From positions 3,040,001 to 3,104,000 of the forward strand of contig OZ245742.1 of NCBI GenBank assembly GCA_965227295.1: 64,000 nt of DNA, written 5' to 3'. How positions within the stretch are numbered: position 1 is the first letter of the stretch; each line of letters opens with the position of its first letter. Below, piece after piece: positions 38,480 through 49,020 of the stretch. The notes under the pieces were generated by a model. It did not search any database. It had not been told where the DNA came from and saw only the letters and a program-made list of their open reading frames with translations. The translations under genes were made by a program, and so were the position numbers. This DNA is from Leptonemataceae bacterium. GTDB lineage: Bacteria; Spirochaetota; Leptospiria; Leptospirales; Leptonemataceae.

Positions 38480-39236
38480 CTTCGAACAGTGGATTCTGCC
38501 CGGCCTGGCCGGCGTCGCATTTCTACAGGGCCTCGCCGGATCGTTGCACTGCGCCGGCATGTGCGGGCCGTTCGTGCACAGCCTGAACAGCCGCGGCTCT
38601 TCGCTGATTATAAATATCGTTTATAATTTCGGCCGCAGCCTCTCGTACGTCGGTATCGGGCTGATCCTCGGCCTGGCCGGTTCCGGGGTGAACGCCTTCT
38701 TCGCAAGTCCGGTGGCCGCCGTACTTGGAGGCCTGTTGATCGCTTACTTCGGCCTCACGTATCTTTTCCCCGGCCGCCTCGGTGCCCGGTGGTTTATGCA
38801 CCTGCCCGCGGGTTTTGCGCGTTTCTTCGGCCGTTTGCTCGGCCGCGCCGGGGACGGCGAGCCCTCGGCGACTGCGAACATCGTGCCGTCGTTTCTGTTC
38901 GGCCTGGTATCCGGTCTGTTGCCGTGCGGTCTGTTGTATCCGGCCTACGCCCTGGCGCTGTCCTCGGGCGGCATCTTAAGTTCGGCCGGTATAATGTTTG
39001 CGTTCAGTCTGGGCACGTATCCGGCACTCCTCGCGGTGGGGCTCTCGAGCGGCATGATCTGGCGGCGGATGCAGACACCGGCCCTGCGCGTGGTGATGGG
39101 CACGGTGATGATTCTGCTCGGCGTGTTCATGATCTACCATCGTCTGTACCATCCGCACGTGCACGGGGACTCCGGTCATGTTCCCGGCGACGGCCCGGAG
39201 TCGCATCATCATATGCACCACTCCGGCGAACTATGA
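38472..39236 (+). CDS. DsbD-2/TauE-like membrane protein with a His-rich tail
   Basis: GSLHCAGMCGP, YNFGR, GLLPCGLLY, FSLGT. Confidence 0.88.
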   Translation: MFSFEQWILPGLAGVAFLQGLAGSLHCAGMCGPFVHSLNSRGSSLIINIVYNFGRSLSYVGIGLILGLAGSGVNAFFASPVAAVLGGLLIAYFGLTYLFPGRLGARWFMHLPAGFARFFGRLLGRAGDGEPSATANIVPSFLFGLVSGLLPCGLLYPAYALALSSGGILSSAGIMFAFSLGTYPALLAVGLSSGMIWRRMQTPALRVVMGTVMILLGVFMIYHRLYHPHVHGDSGHVPGDGPESHHHMHHSGEL

Positions 39237-41692
39237 ACCGCGTTCTGCGCAAACATACGGAGAACGCATGTTACCACTGCGGCCTGCCGGTTCAGGGAGC
39301 CGCCGCCGTAAGCGTGGATGATCGGGACTTCTGTTGCTCCGGTTGCGCCGCGGCCTATGAAATCATCACGGCGGCCGGCGGGGAGAACTACTATCGCTTT
39401 CGCACCGACTATGCCCCCCGGGCCGGGGAGTTTCGGGACGAGGACCTCTACCGTCACTACGAGGAACGCCTGGTAGAAGACGAACAGGGACACAAACGTG
39501 CGGCCTTCGTCGTCGAGGGGATTCATTGCGCCTCGTGTGTATGGCTGAGCGAAACGGTACTGCGCCGCGTCGAGGGCGTGCTTGAGGTCGAGGTGCACCT
39601 GGCCACGAACCGCGCCTATCTGACGTACGACGCGCGCTCCGTGCCGCTGGCAAAGATCGCCGCCGCCCTGGCGCGCACGGGCTATCGACTCATGCCGCTG
39701 CCGGAATCCGGCGATCGTTCACATCCCGCGGACCGCGATCTCCTGCGCCGCACGGTGGTGGCGGGTTTCTTCGCGGGCAACATCATGCTCGTGAGCGTGG
39801 CCCTGTACGCCGGCTACTTCGGAACCATGGACCGGCTCACGAAAGATTTTTTTCATCTCGTGAGTTTTCTCTTCACATTGCCGGTGTTTATGTACTCGGC
39901 CGTGCCGTTCTTTCGCAGCGCCCGGGAGGCCCTGCGTCACGGCATTCCCGGCATGGATCTGCTCACCAGCGCCGGGATATCCCTCGCGTTTTTTTACAGT
40001 TGTTACGCCGCCTGGTTTCAGGCCGGCGAGGTCTACTTCGATTCGGTCTGTTTTGTTACGTTTGCCGTGCTCGCCGGTCGATACCTGGAAAGCCGGCTCA
40101 AACATCGCAGCGCGGCGTTGATCGACAACCTGCGCCGATCCTCGAATGTGCCGGTGCGGGTTGTTAAGAAAAACTCTCCGGAACTTAAAGAGGACGACCT
40201 GGAGTTTACGGATGCCGAAGACGTACAGGTCGGCGACATCCTGGTGATTGCGGACGGCGAACGTTTGCCGGTGGACGGCGTGCTGTTGGGTGCGGACGGC
40301 GAAGTGGATGAGTCCACGCTCACCGGTGAGTTTCGTCCGGTGATGAAGCGCGCCGGCGACGTGATCTATTCCGGCTCGCAGTCCGTGGGCGCAAGCCTGC
40401 GCATTCGGGCCACGGCCGTGTATCGCGACAGCGCTCTGTATCGCATCCAGACCATGGCCGAAGCCAGCATGAACGACGTGCCGCCGTTGCGTCGCCTGGC
40501 CGAACGCGCGGGCCGCTGGTTCATCGTGTTCGTCCTCGGTGCCGCGGTCGCCTCGTTCGTCTACTGGTGGGTGATTGTCGGGGATCGGGACGCCGCGATT
40601 CTGAATACCATTGCGTTGTTGATCGTCGCGTGTCCGTGCGCGTTGAACCTGGCGGTACCGGCGGCCTACATCGCGGCGCTGTCCCGGGCGTTTACCGGCG
40701 GCGTCCTTTTGCGCCAGGGCCAGGCATTGGAGGTCCTGGCGAAGGCGAACCGCTTTTGTTTCGATAAGACGGGGACCCTGACCGCGGGGCGGATGCGGCT
40801 GAGTCAAGTTAGCATTTATTCAGAAGCAGTTAGCAAAACGCAATGCTTTCATCTGGCGCGCAGTCTACAGAATTTGGCCGGGGTGCGCCATCCCATCGCC
40901 GAAGCCTTTCGTCGGGAACACGTCGAAGCCGCGCCCGGGCCTGCTCCCGGCGACGTTCGTTACGAAGCCGGGCGGGGCGTCAGCGCCCGGCACGACGGCT
41001 ACGATTTACGCCTGGGATCCACCGCTTACGTTCGAGAGTGGTTTGAGGATCTGCCCGCGGGCGGCGAGGCCGGTCGGGTGGCCGTGTACCTGGCGCGGCG
41101 CCCGTTTTCCGGCGGCGAGGCGGAGCTGCTCGCCCGTTTCGATCTGGAGGACGAAATCCGTGCGGAAGGCGCTGAGGTCCTGGCCCGCCTCAAGCAGGAC
41201 GGCGCCGCGCTTTCATTGCTCACCGGCGATCTTTCAGAAAACGCCGGGCACCTGGCCCGGCATATGGGCCGGGCCTTCGCCGACGAGGACGTGCACGCCC
41301 GGTTGAGTCCCGAAGACAAACTTGCGCTCATTCGAAGTTACCAACAGGCCGGGGAGGTCGTGGTGATGGTGGGGGACGGCATCAACGACGCCGCGGCTCT
41401 CGGTCAGGCGGATCTGGGCATCAGTTTCGCCCACGGCGCGGACCTGGCCATGTTTTCCTCGGACGTTCTCATCTTAGATGGAGATTTCCGCACGTTAGCG
41501 CGCCTGGCCCGCCTCGCACGACGCACACGCGCTAAAATCTTACAAAACCTGGGCCTGGCCTTTGCCTACAACGTGCTGCTGATTCCGGCCGCGTTCTTCG
41601 GCTGGATCTCGCCGTTTTTGGGGGCCGTGTTCATGTCGCTCTCGTCCATCACCGTCGTCGGTAACGCCTTTCTTCTGTTACGCCGGCGCTGA
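39233..41692 (+). CDS. ccoI: Heavy-metal (Cu) P1B-type ATPase
   Basis: CYHCG, FCCSGC, HCASC, LTGE, CPC, DKTGT, GDGIND; ATG 39233 overlaps the upstream stop. Confidence 0.93.
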   Translation: MNRVLRKHTENACYHCGLPVQGAAAVSVDDRDFCCSGCAAAYEIITAAGGENYYRFRTDYAPRAGEFRDEDLYRHYEERLVEDEQGHKRAAFVVEGIHCASCVWLSETVLRRVEGVLEVEVHLATNRAYLTYDARSVPLAKIAAALARTGYRLMPLPESGDRSHPADRDLLRRTVVAGFFAGNIMLVSVALYAGYFGTMDRLTKDFFHLVSFLFTLPVFMYSAVPFFRSAREALRHGIPGMDLLTSAGISLAFFYSCYAAWFQAGEVYFDSVCFVTFAVLAGRYLESRLKHRSAALIDNLRRSSNVPVRVVKKNSPELKEDDLEFTDAEDVQVGDILVIADGERLPVDGVLLGADGEVDESTLTGEFRPVMKRAGDVIYSGSQSVGASLRIRATAVYRDSALYRIQTMAEASMNDVPPLRRLAERAGRWFIVFVLGAAVASFVYWWVIVGDRDAAILNTIALLIVACPCALNLAVPAAYIAALSRAFTGGVLLRQGQALEVLAKANRFCFDKTGTLTAGRMRLSQVSIYSEAVSKTQCFHLARSLQNLAGVRHPIAEAFRREHVEAAPGPAPGDVRYEAGRGVSARHDGYDLRLGSTAYVREWFEDLPAGGEAGRVAVYLARRPFSGGEAELLARFDLEDEIRAEGAEVLARLKQDGAALSLLTGDLSENAGHLARHMGRAFADEDVHARLSPEDKLALIRSYQQAGEVVVMVGDGINDAAALGQADLGISFAHGADLAMFSSDVLILDGDFRTLARLARLARRTRAKILQNLGLAFAYNVLLIPAAFFGWISPFLGAVFMSLSSITVVGNAFLLLRRR

Positions 41693-41709
41693 ATCCGATT
41701 CGTTATGGT

Positions 41710-42300
41710 CTAATCCCACGTCAACTGCGCCGCCAGCTCCACGCATTCCACGAAGGCGCGCAGATCGGTGAAACGTTCACCCGGCGGGACGTCCCGGCGA
41801 ACCACGATGCGCGCGCCCGAAGACAACACGGCGCCGTCCAGCATGAGGTTGTCCGTGAGGTCGAAGCCTTCGATCTCCATGCCGTCGGAATCTTCCAGAC
41901 TGCCGTCCTCGCGCTTGCGCACGCCGCCGCCCGTATCTTCGATGAAACGTTGTGTGCGTTCGGTGAAACTGCCGGCCACGTTCGAGTAAGCGAAGACGGG
42001 CCGGCCGAGGGCGCGCATGAATCCCATCTCAAAGGCCGTGCCGACGTCCGCGGACGGGCTGCGAAACGGAGTCATGTTCGCGATGATCAGATCGCAGGAG
42101 CGCATGAGCTCTTCGTTCGAACGGGAAATGCGATGGCCGGCTTCTTCGGCGTCGAGGCCGTTCAAATCCAGGGCGTTTTCCAGGGGAAAGATGCCGGCGA
42201 AGCCGAAGTCCGAGCAGATTTCTCTTTTCGCGGCGGCGACGGCCAGGGGATCGCGAAGGAAGACGTCCGGCCCGGCCAGGTAGATGCGTTTGGAACTCAC
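41710..42300 (-). CDS. Nucleoside 2-deoxyribosyltransferase family protein
   Basis: IYLAGPDVF, DVGTAFEMGF, NLML. Confidence 0.9.
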   Translation of the reverse strand: MSSKRIYLAGPDVFLRDPLAVAAAKREICSDFGFAGIFPLENALDLNGLDAEEAGHRISRSNEELMRSCDLIIANMTPFRSPSADVGTAFEMGFMRALGRPVFAYSNVAGSFTERTQRFIEDTGGGVRKREDGSLEDSDGMEIEGFDLTDNLMLDGAVLSSGARIVVRRDVPPGERFTDLRAFVECVELAAQLTWD

Positions 42301-43283
42301 GAATCGCTCCGGCGCACGTAGTCGCGAAGCAGCTTCAGACTCGCCTCACGGTCCTGCGCGGAAAGGGGATAGAGTCCCAGGGGGCGCAGCAGTTGTTGCG
42401 ATTCCGGCGCTAAGATGAACTCAAGGAAACTCAGGGCCCGCGGGTTCGGCCGCTTCGGCGTTCCCGGCGGTGGTAGATAGACATAATAGTAGCGGGCGAG
42501 GGCGTACCGTCCGCTCGTTAAGTTTTCCTCAGTGGGAGCTAAGGCCGCGGACTCCGCGCTTTTTCGCAGGGGCAGGGCGATGACCCCGTCCGTGAGTTCC
42601 GCGGGGCGGGCGTAACCGAAGCCGTGGCTGTAGGCCGGGCCGGTGGCGGCGACGCGGTCCACGAGTTCCAGGGGACCCGGGACCTCCAGCACACGATCCG
42701 AAAACTCGCCGCCCTCTGCGAGAACCGTCGCCTTGAACCAACGGTACCGATCCGATGCCGTGTTCTGGCCGAAGACTTCGAGGGGCCGGTTTTCATGCGG
42801 GCCACCCTCCACTTCCGGGAAGACGTCGATGAGGGAATGCGGCGCTTCGGCGTAAATGCGACGGAGCTCTGCAAGTTCGATGTCTTTCAGCAAAGAAGAC
42901 TGCGGGACGATGACGGCCAGGCCTTCCACGGCCACGGGAACGGCGACGGGTTTCGCGCCGAACGTACGGACGAAGGCGTCGATCTCGGCGTCGGTCATGG
43001 GCCGCGTCATGGGTGCGAAATCGCAGACGCCGTCCCGCAGGGCGCCGGGGGCCGTCGCATTGCCGCGGCCCTCATGGACCGGCGGGGTTTCCAGGTCGGC
43101 CGCGTCGGCGTAACGTTTGGTCCAGTGATCGAAGGCCGTGTTCAGTTCCTCCGTGCCGATGGAACAAAAGCCGTCGTTGAAACGCGCGGGCCCGCGACGG
43201 CAGTGTGCGGTAGTTACGGCGGCAACAATGATTCCAACGATGATCCAGGTACGCAATCGCATCGATGTGTGATTGCGCCGCAA
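42297..43283 (-). CDS. PstS-like phosphate ABC substrate-binding protein
   Basis: Signal peptide, MTRPM...E, VAVEGLAVIV, SGRYALARYYYVY. Confidence 0.75.
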   Translation of the reverse strand: MRRNHTSMRLRTWIIVGIIVAAVTTAHCRRGPARFNDGFCSIGTEELNTAFDHWTKRYADAADLETPPVHEGRGNATAPGALRDGVCDFAPMTRPMTDAEIDAFVRTFGAKPVAVPVAVEGLAVIVPQSSLLKDIELAELRRIYAEAPHSLIDVFPEVEGGPHENRPLEVFGQNTASDRYRWFKATVLAEGGEFSDRVLEVPGPLELVDRVAATGPAYSHGFGYARPAELTDGVIALPLRKSAESAALAPTEENLTSGRYALARYYYVYLPPPGTPKRPNPRALSFLEFILAPESQQLLRPLGLYPLSAQDREASLKLLRDYVRRSDS

Positions 43284-43334
43284 AGTCGCCGCGTCAACAG
43301 CAAATTTCCGAACGGCCCGGGAAGGCGCCGCGGC

Positions 43335-43763
43335 CTAGCGCCGGTTCGTGGTCAGATTAAAGTTCGTAAGGCCGGCCTGCTGCACCTCGTCGATGACCGC
43401 GATGATGCTCTGATACGAAGCACCGGCGTCGCCCTTGATGTTGATCTCCGGCACGGCGGCCGCGCTCTCTGCCGTCTTCTTCAGCGTTGCGGCCAGGGAC
43501 TCCAGGGGGACTTCCGTTTCGTTTACCAGGACGACACCGTCCGCCTGCACGGCGATATCGATGGCCTCTTCGCCGACGTACGAGGCCGTTTCGGACTTCG
43601 GCAGGTCGATGCGAATGGCCGGCGTTTTGGCCAGGGTGGAGTTGATCAAAAAATAAGCGAGCAGGAGAAATATGATGTCCACCATCGGTGCGAGGTCGAT
43701 GCCGTTGCGGGTCTCCATGACCCGGGCGTGATCGTTCTGAGAGGAGCGCTTAGACTTTCGCAC
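43335..43763 (-). CDS. exbD: Biopolymer transporter ExbD
   Basis: IDLAPMVDIIFLLLAYF, IDLP, IKGD. Confidence 0.92.
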   Translation of the reverse strand: MRKSKRSSQNDHARVMETRNGIDLAPMVDIIFLLLAYFLINSTLAKTPAIRIDLPKSETASYVGEEAIDIAVQADGVVLVNETEVPLESLAATLKKTAESAAAVPEINIKGDAGASYQSIIAVIDEVQQAGLTNFNLTTNRR

Positions 43764-44403
43764 GCTCTGCTCCGCTCACCGACGCTTCCGCCGTGATGTT
43801 CTGACGTTCCAGTTCTTCGGCGACCTGCTCGGTGAAGGCCGCGGTTTCCGCCGCGATCTGATTCACGCGGTTCGCGAAGTAGTTGTAAGCGATCAGCGCG
43901 GGAATGGCGACGATGAGTCCGAGGGCGGTGGTGATCAGCGCTTCGTCGATTCCGCCGACCAACTGCGCGTTCTGGACTCTTTCGGCGTCGAAGGCGTGAA
44001 AGGATTTGATCATGCCGGTTACGGTGCCGAGCAGGCCGAGCAACGGCGCGATCGTACTGATGGTCCCCAGGGTCTGCAAAAAACGTTTGAGATGGCCGTT
44101 CATGCGCTGGGCTTCGGCGTCGGCAGCGCTGATCAGGTTCAGGCCGCGCCGGGACGATTCGATCAGCGTGCGCACCACGGCGAAGGCGGGATGTGTTCTT
44201 TCGGCGGCGTAATCGGCGGCCCGCTGCAGTTCGCGTTCCCGAATGTGGTCGAGCAACTGATGTTCCTCGTCGACGGAGATGGCCCGGATGCGGAACCACA
44301 GCAGTCGCGCTCGATCGATGATGATCGCCGCGGCGACGATGGAAAGGATGAGGATGATGACCGGGATGAGCCAGTCGGGAACCTGTCGGATGATGTGTGT
44401 CAT
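43750..44403 (-). CDS. exbB: MotA/TolQ/ExbB proton channel
   Basis: APLLGLLGTVTGMI, EALITTALGLIVAIPA. Confidence 0.92.
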   Translation of the reverse strand: MTHIIRQVPDWLIPVIILILSIVAAAIIIDRARLLWFRIRAISVDEEHQLLDHIRERELQRAADYAAERTHPAFAVVRTLIESSRRGLNLISAADAEAQRMNGHLKRFLQTLGTISTIAPLLGLLGTVTGMIKSFHAFDAERVQNAQLVGGIDEALITTALGLIVAIPALIAYNYFANRVNQIAAETAAFTEQVAEELERQNITAEASVSGAERAKV

Positions 44404-44406
44404 ATA

Positions 44407-45069
44407 CTAAGTCTCTGAATCGGTTAACTTAAACAAAAGTGAGATTACCACCGTTTCGGTACTCTCCCCCGGCGTGAAGCGGTGTGCCCGGACGCCGTCC
44501 AGGGCGGCCTGATCGAGAATGCCGTAGCCGGAACTGCCGATCACCTCGGCCCCGAGCACGTCGCCGTCCGGACCGACCCGGGCCCGAATGCGCACTCGTC
44601 CCTGCCAGCCCATCTTGCGCGCCATGCGCGGGTAAGTGATGCTGTTCCAGATGGACGTGGTGTGTTGCTGGAGGACGTCGGAGTTGAACCGGCTGACCTC
44701 TTTGACGTTTTTGCCCCCGGCGGGCGGCTGTCTGCCGGCGTCGTCCGGTTTCTGTTCGAGCGGCTTTTGTCGTTTGAGGCTTACGTCAAACGAGCGGCTC
44801 GTTGCGGCCACGGCGGAAAGCTGAAGCTCCCGGCGACGGTCGGAATCCAGGAAACCGCCGAGCACGAGGGGCAACACGATGAACAGGCCGTGGGCCGCCA
44901 CCGAGACGATGATCGCCCGGGAGAACAGGGACCGGCTCAGCGGTTCGTAAGCGGACAGGTCCAGGCTGCCGTAGCCGGATGCGGGACTGTTCGAAGGGGA
45001 CTGCACGACCGCGAACACTCTTTCGCGAGACTTCCAGGCGTCAAATGTAATTTGAGATTGAGTCTCCAT
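44407..45069 (-). CDS. tonB: Energy transducer TonB
   Basis: TM with SxxxH, YPRMARKMGWQGRV, SSGYGILDQAA; start uncertain. Confidence 0.88.
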   Translation of the reverse strand: METQSQITFDAWKSRERVFAVVQSPSNSPASGYGSLDLSAYEPLSRSLFSRAIIVSVAAHGLFIVLPLVLGGFLDSDRRRELQLSAVAATSRSFDVSLKRQKPLEQKPDDAGRQPPAGGKNVKEVSRFNSDVLQQHTTSIWNSITYPRMARKMGWQGRVRIRARVGPDGDVLGAEVIGSSGYGILDQAALDGVRAHRFTPGESTETVVISLLFKLTDSET

Positions 45070-45120
45070 TGCATATAGGCTCTTCCTCTATATGAGATTG
45101 CAAACGAGATTCAATCTCAA
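45052..45120. promoter_or_regulatory. Two 17-bp operator-like boxes between the divergent tonB and receptor genes
   Basis: TTGAGATTGAGTCTCCA (45052-45068) and ACGAGATTCAATCTCAA (45104-45120); similar box at 61625. Confidence 0.6.
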
Positions 45121-45201
45121 AAAGGATGGACAGCCACGTGCCGTCTGGAATCAGTGCCCACGAAACGCGGGACGGTGCCCGCGCAACGCAACAGAGGCAA
45201 G

Positions 45202-47607
45202 ATGCAAGAGAGAATTCATAAAGTTTCTTATATAATTTCCGGCGTATTGCTCGCCGCGATTCTGGCCGGTGTCCCGGCCGATCTGCGTGCGCAGCCGGCT
45301 CATGCTCCGGACGATGAGCAGGCGCCGCCAGGCGAAGAAGGTACGCCGGAAGACGGCGAAGACGACATCGTCATCGAGGGCCAGGACGCCCGGGAGGGGG
45401 AGTACATCCGCCGCCGGGCGCCGGGGGTCATCAAGTCGGACGCGTCGATTATGGAGACACCGTCCACCGTGCAGATCATTCCGCGCCAGGTCTATGAAGA
45501 CCAGAAGGCCGACAACCTCGGCGAGGCGGCTCGCAACGTTTCGAACGTGATCGACGCTTCGCAGCTCGGCGTCGGCGACAATCTCTACATTCGCGGTTTC
45601 CAGACGTTCCTGTTCAACATCGACGGTCTGCCGAATACGGCCGGCCTCGCCGGTTACGCGCCGCGGGAGATGAGTCGTTACGAACACATTGAAATCTCGA
45701 AGGGGCCTTCGTCGGTACTCTTCGGCGCCATTGAACCCGGCGGCGCCATCAACCTGGTTACGAAGAAACCCGAGGCCGAAGCGAAGTACACCGCGGAAGT
45801 CTCTCACGGTCGTTGGGATAACAACGCGGCCACGTTGGATTTCACCGGGCCGCTGACGGAAGATCGCACGTTGCTCTATCGATTGATCGGCACGTATCGT
45901 TCGGCGGACAGCTTTCGCGATGAGGTGGAGACCGAGCGCGGTTTCGTCGCCCCGTCGTTGTCCTGGTTCATCACCCCCGATACCATGCTGACGGTTTTCG
46001 CGCACTATCAACGCGACGTCATCAAAAACGACCGCGGCGTTCCGGCGCCCCGGGATACGAACACCGCGGCCCTGCGCGAATTGTATGCGGCTCAGGCTCC
46101 GGCGTTGTTGCAGACGGCATTCTCCGCGCGGGAGTTGTTTCCGGAAGAGTTCCAGCTCAGCGACGCCGTCTACACCGAGAAGTACTTCGGGAACATGGAG
46201 GGCGAGCAGAACGAACAGGTTCAGGGCGGCGCCGGTTATTCGATCGAAAGCGAGTTCGATCACTGGATTCTGCGTCATCGCAGTCAGGGCGAATCATCCG
46301 CGACGAAGGACAACCGGACCACCGTCACCGGCGTCGACCCCGACAACCGTACGGTCTCGCGACGTTACGACGAGCGCGCCTGGTACATCGCCAGCTACAA
46401 TACCCAGCTCGCTGCCGAGGGCAAGTACGAGAGCGACGGCGTGGTGCATCGTCCGTATCTCGGCGTGGACTTTACGCACACGTTTCTGCACGTGAACATC
46501 ATGGATCAGTACTCCGACGCCGGACGTAAGGATCTTTTTCTTTCGGATTCCGAGCGCGCGTTCTTCGACGATCCCTCGAACATTGCCGGCGTGCTGATCG
46601 CCGAGAACTTCGATCCCGGCGTGAATCCGAAGTCGTTCTTTCCGGTGCCCATCGGTTTTAAGCTGCGCCTGAACAGCACCGGCGTTACCGGTCGCTACCA
46701 GCTTTCGCTCGGGGAGATGTGGCATGTGCTCGCCGGGGCGCGCTACGACAACGTGCAGGGTTTCGCCCGGGACGAAAGTTACGGGCTCCGCGAACAGCTC
46801 TTCTTCGTGCCGAGCATTACACCGACGCTCTACACTAACCCGCGAAGAATCAGCATTAAGGCGGATTCCATCAATCCCCAGGGCGGCCTGCTGTTTCGGC
46901 CCATTAAACAAATTTCGTTCTACGCCGGCGCGTCCACCTCGTTCACCCAGGACTACGTCGTCCTCCTGCAGGGCGGCCTCGCTCCTGAACCGGTGGAGAG
47001 TGTCGGTTACGAAGGCGGCGTGAAGTTTCAGTTCTTCGACGAAAAGATGACCGCCACGGTGGCCGGCTTCGAGATTCGCAAGAGCAACATCGCCGTCCCC
47101 GATCCCCTGGACATCGGCCGGTTGATTCAGTCCGGCGAACAAACGCACCGCGGCTGGGAAGTGGACTTGCTCGCATCCCCGGCGGCCGGCCTGGACCTGA
47201 TCGCCTCCTACGGTTACATCGAAGCGGAGATCACGAAAGACGAAACCCGCGATCCGGATACCGGCAAGAAGATCCTCGAAGGCAATCGCCCGGGCCTGGT
47301 GCCGGAACACACGGCGAGTTTCTGGGTGGTCTACGAGTTTCAGCGCGGTTTCGCGCGGGGTTTCGGTCTCGGCGGCGGGGCGTACTACAACTCAGAGCGT
47401 TACGCCACCGGTGAAAACGTCCTGGTGCTGCCCCAGTATACCATTGCGAACGCGCTGGTCTATTATCGTTTCACCGAGTCCGTACGGGCTTCCGTGACGG
47501 TAAAGAATCTTTACAATGAACGCTACTATGCCGGGGCGACGAATCGCTTTCAGGTGCATCCCGGTCGGCCCTTTGAAGCGATCTTCGCCGTCGATGCAAG
47601 CTTTTGA
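45202..47607 (+). CDS. TonB-dependent siderophore receptor
   Basis: Signal peptide, ETPSTVQII, YIRGF, KGPSSVLFG...PGGAINLVTKKP plug, C-terminal Phe. Confidence 0.93.
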   Translation: MQERIHKVSYIISGVLLAAILAGVPADLRAQPAHAPDDEQAPPGEEGTPEDGEDDIVIEGQDAREGEYIRRRAPGVIKSDASIMETPSTVQIIPRQVYEDQKADNLGEAARNVSNVIDASQLGVGDNLYIRGFQTFLFNIDGLPNTAGLAGYAPREMSRYEHIEISKGPSSVLFGAIEPGGAINLVTKKPEAEAKYTAEVSHGRWDNNAATLDFTGPLTEDRTLLYRLIGTYRSADSFRDEVETERGFVAPSLSWFITPDTMLTVFAHYQRDVIKNDRGVPAPRDTNTAALRELYAAQAPALLQTAFSARELFPEEFQLSDAVYTEKYFGNMEGEQNEQVQGGAGYSIESEFDHWILRHRSQGESSATKDNRTTVTGVDPDNRTVSRRYDERAWYIASYNTQLAAEGKYESDGVVHRPYLGVDFTHTFLHVNIMDQYSDAGRKDLFLSDSERAFFDDPSNIAGVLIAENFDPGVNPKSFFPVPIGFKLRLNSTGVTGRYQLSLGEMWHVLAGARYDNVQGFARDESYGLREQLFFVPSITPTLYTNPRRISIKADSINPQGGLLFRPIKQISFYAGASTSFTQDYVVLLQGGLAPEPVESVGYEGGVKFQFFDEKMTATVAGFEIRKSNIAVPDPLDIGRLIQSGEQTHRGWEVDLLASPAAGLDLIASYGYIEAEITKDETRDPDTGKKILEGNRPGLVPEHTASFWVVYEFQRGFARGFGLGGGAYYNSERYATGENVLVLPQYTIANALVYYRFTESVRASVTVKNLYNERYYAGATNRFQVHPGRPFEAIFAVDASF

Positions 47608-47624
47608 TCAGGAGGACTTAGCAA

Positions 47625-49019
47625 ATGTCAGCAAACTACGCGATCATTACCGGTCTGGAACTTCGGGATCTCTCGCCCGACGAACACCTGGTGCGCGGTC
47701 AGGCGATCGAGTCCGCCGCGCGTTCGTATCCCCGGCGCATTCCCATCACCGTATCGGAGGCCCGGGGCCTGCGCCTCACCGATACTCGCGGTCAGACCTT
47801 CATCGACTGCCTGGCCTGCGCCGGCGCCCTGCCGTTGGGTCACAATCATCCCGAGGTCAACGCGGCGGTGATCGATTATCTGCAAAGCAACGGCCCGTCC
47901 CAGGCGCTGGACCTGATGACGTCGGCGAAGTCCGCGTTCATGGACGCGCTCTTCGGCGTGCTGCCGGCGCACTGGCGCGAAGACTATCGCGTGTTGTTTT
48001 GCGGGCCGGGCGGATCGGACGCCGTCGAGGCCGCGACGAAACTCGCGCGCATTGCCACGGGCAACGAAACCATCCTTTCGTTCCAGGGCGGCTACCACGG
48101 TATGTCGCAGTCCAGCCTCGGACTCACCGGCAATCACGGGGCCAAAAAAGGTCTCCCGGGCAACGGCGGCCAGGTTCAATTTTTGCCGTATCCTGTGATT
48201 TATAGGTCCCCCTTCGGTTCCACCGAGTTCGAGGCCGCCGAACGCAACTTTCGTTACATCAACGATTTTCTGCACGATCCGGAAAGCGGCATTGCCCGCC
48301 CCGCCGGCATGATTCTCGAAATGATTCAGGGCGAGGGCGGGGTGAATCCGGCGCCGGTGAGCTGGCTGCAACGCCTGCGTCGTCTCACCCGTTCCCTCCG
48401 CATTCCCATGATCGTCGACGAAGTGCAGACGGGTCTCGGTCGTACGGGCGATATGTTCGCCTTCCAACACGCCGGCATTGAACCGGATATCCTGGTGTTA
48501 TCGAAGGCGATCGGCGGCGGCTTCCCCCTGGCGGTGGTTGTCTATCGTAAGGAACTGGATGTGTGGGGACCGGGTGCGCACGCCGGTACGTTTCGCGGCA
48601 ATCAGATCGCCATGGTCGCCGGGGCGAAGACCATCGAGATCCTGGTGCGCGACGGCATCGTCGATCGCGTGCGTGAGATGGGCGCGTTCCTGCGCCAGGA
48701 GTTGCAACGTCTTGCGGATCGTTTTGCGTTTATCGGTAACGTGCGCGGCCGCGGTCTCATGCTGGGCATGGAAATCGTATCCACCGTCGAAGACGACGTC
48801 GATGCCCAGGGCTATCCCGCACCGGCGCCGAATACCGCGCGGCGTTTGCAGCGTTTGCTGCTGGAGCGCGGGTTGATCGTCGAGCCCGGCGGTCGTTTCG
48901 GTTGTGTGCTGCGTTTTCTGCCGCCGTTGACCCTCGACGAGGAAGATGTAGAACGCATCGTCGCGATCCTCGATGCAGGCTTCACGGCGCTGTCCCGCGA
49001 AGCTGAGGCGGAAGGCTGA
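47625..49019 (+). CDS. Diaminobutyrate--2-oxoglutarate aminotransferase (RhbA/Dat-like)
   Basis: ESAARSYPR, LGHNHP, DEVQTG, LSKAIGGG, HAGTFRGNQ. Confidence 0.93.
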   Translation: MSANYAIITGLELRDLSPDEHLVRGQAIESAARSYPRRIPITVSEARGLRLTDTRGQTFIDCLACAGALPLGHNHPEVNAAVIDYLQSNGPSQALDLMTSAKSAFMDALFGVLPAHWREDYRVLFCGPGGSDAVEAATKLARIATGNETILSFQGGYHGMSQSSLGLTGNHGAKKGLPGNGGQVQFLPYPVIYRSPFGSTEFEAAERNFRYINDFLHDPESGIARPAGMILEMIQGEGGVNPAPVSWLQRLRRLTRSLRIPMIVDEVQTGLGRTGDMFAFQHAGIEPDILVLSKAIGGGFPLAVVVYRKELDVWGPGAHAGTFRGNQIAMVAGAKTIEILVRDGIVDRVREMGAFLRQELQRLADRFAFIGNVRGRGLMLGMEIVSTVEDDVDAQGYPAPAPNTARRLQRLLLERGLIVEPGGRFGCVLRFLPPLTLDEEDVERIVAILDAGFTALSREAEAEG

Positions 49020-49020
49020 C

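Noticed and set aside
38789..39232. N-terminal extensions in the ORF track (ccoI; also 4947-5135, 52186-52299, 52680-52868)
   Set aside because: They overlap upstream genes; downstream ATGs coupled to the preceding stop codons fit better
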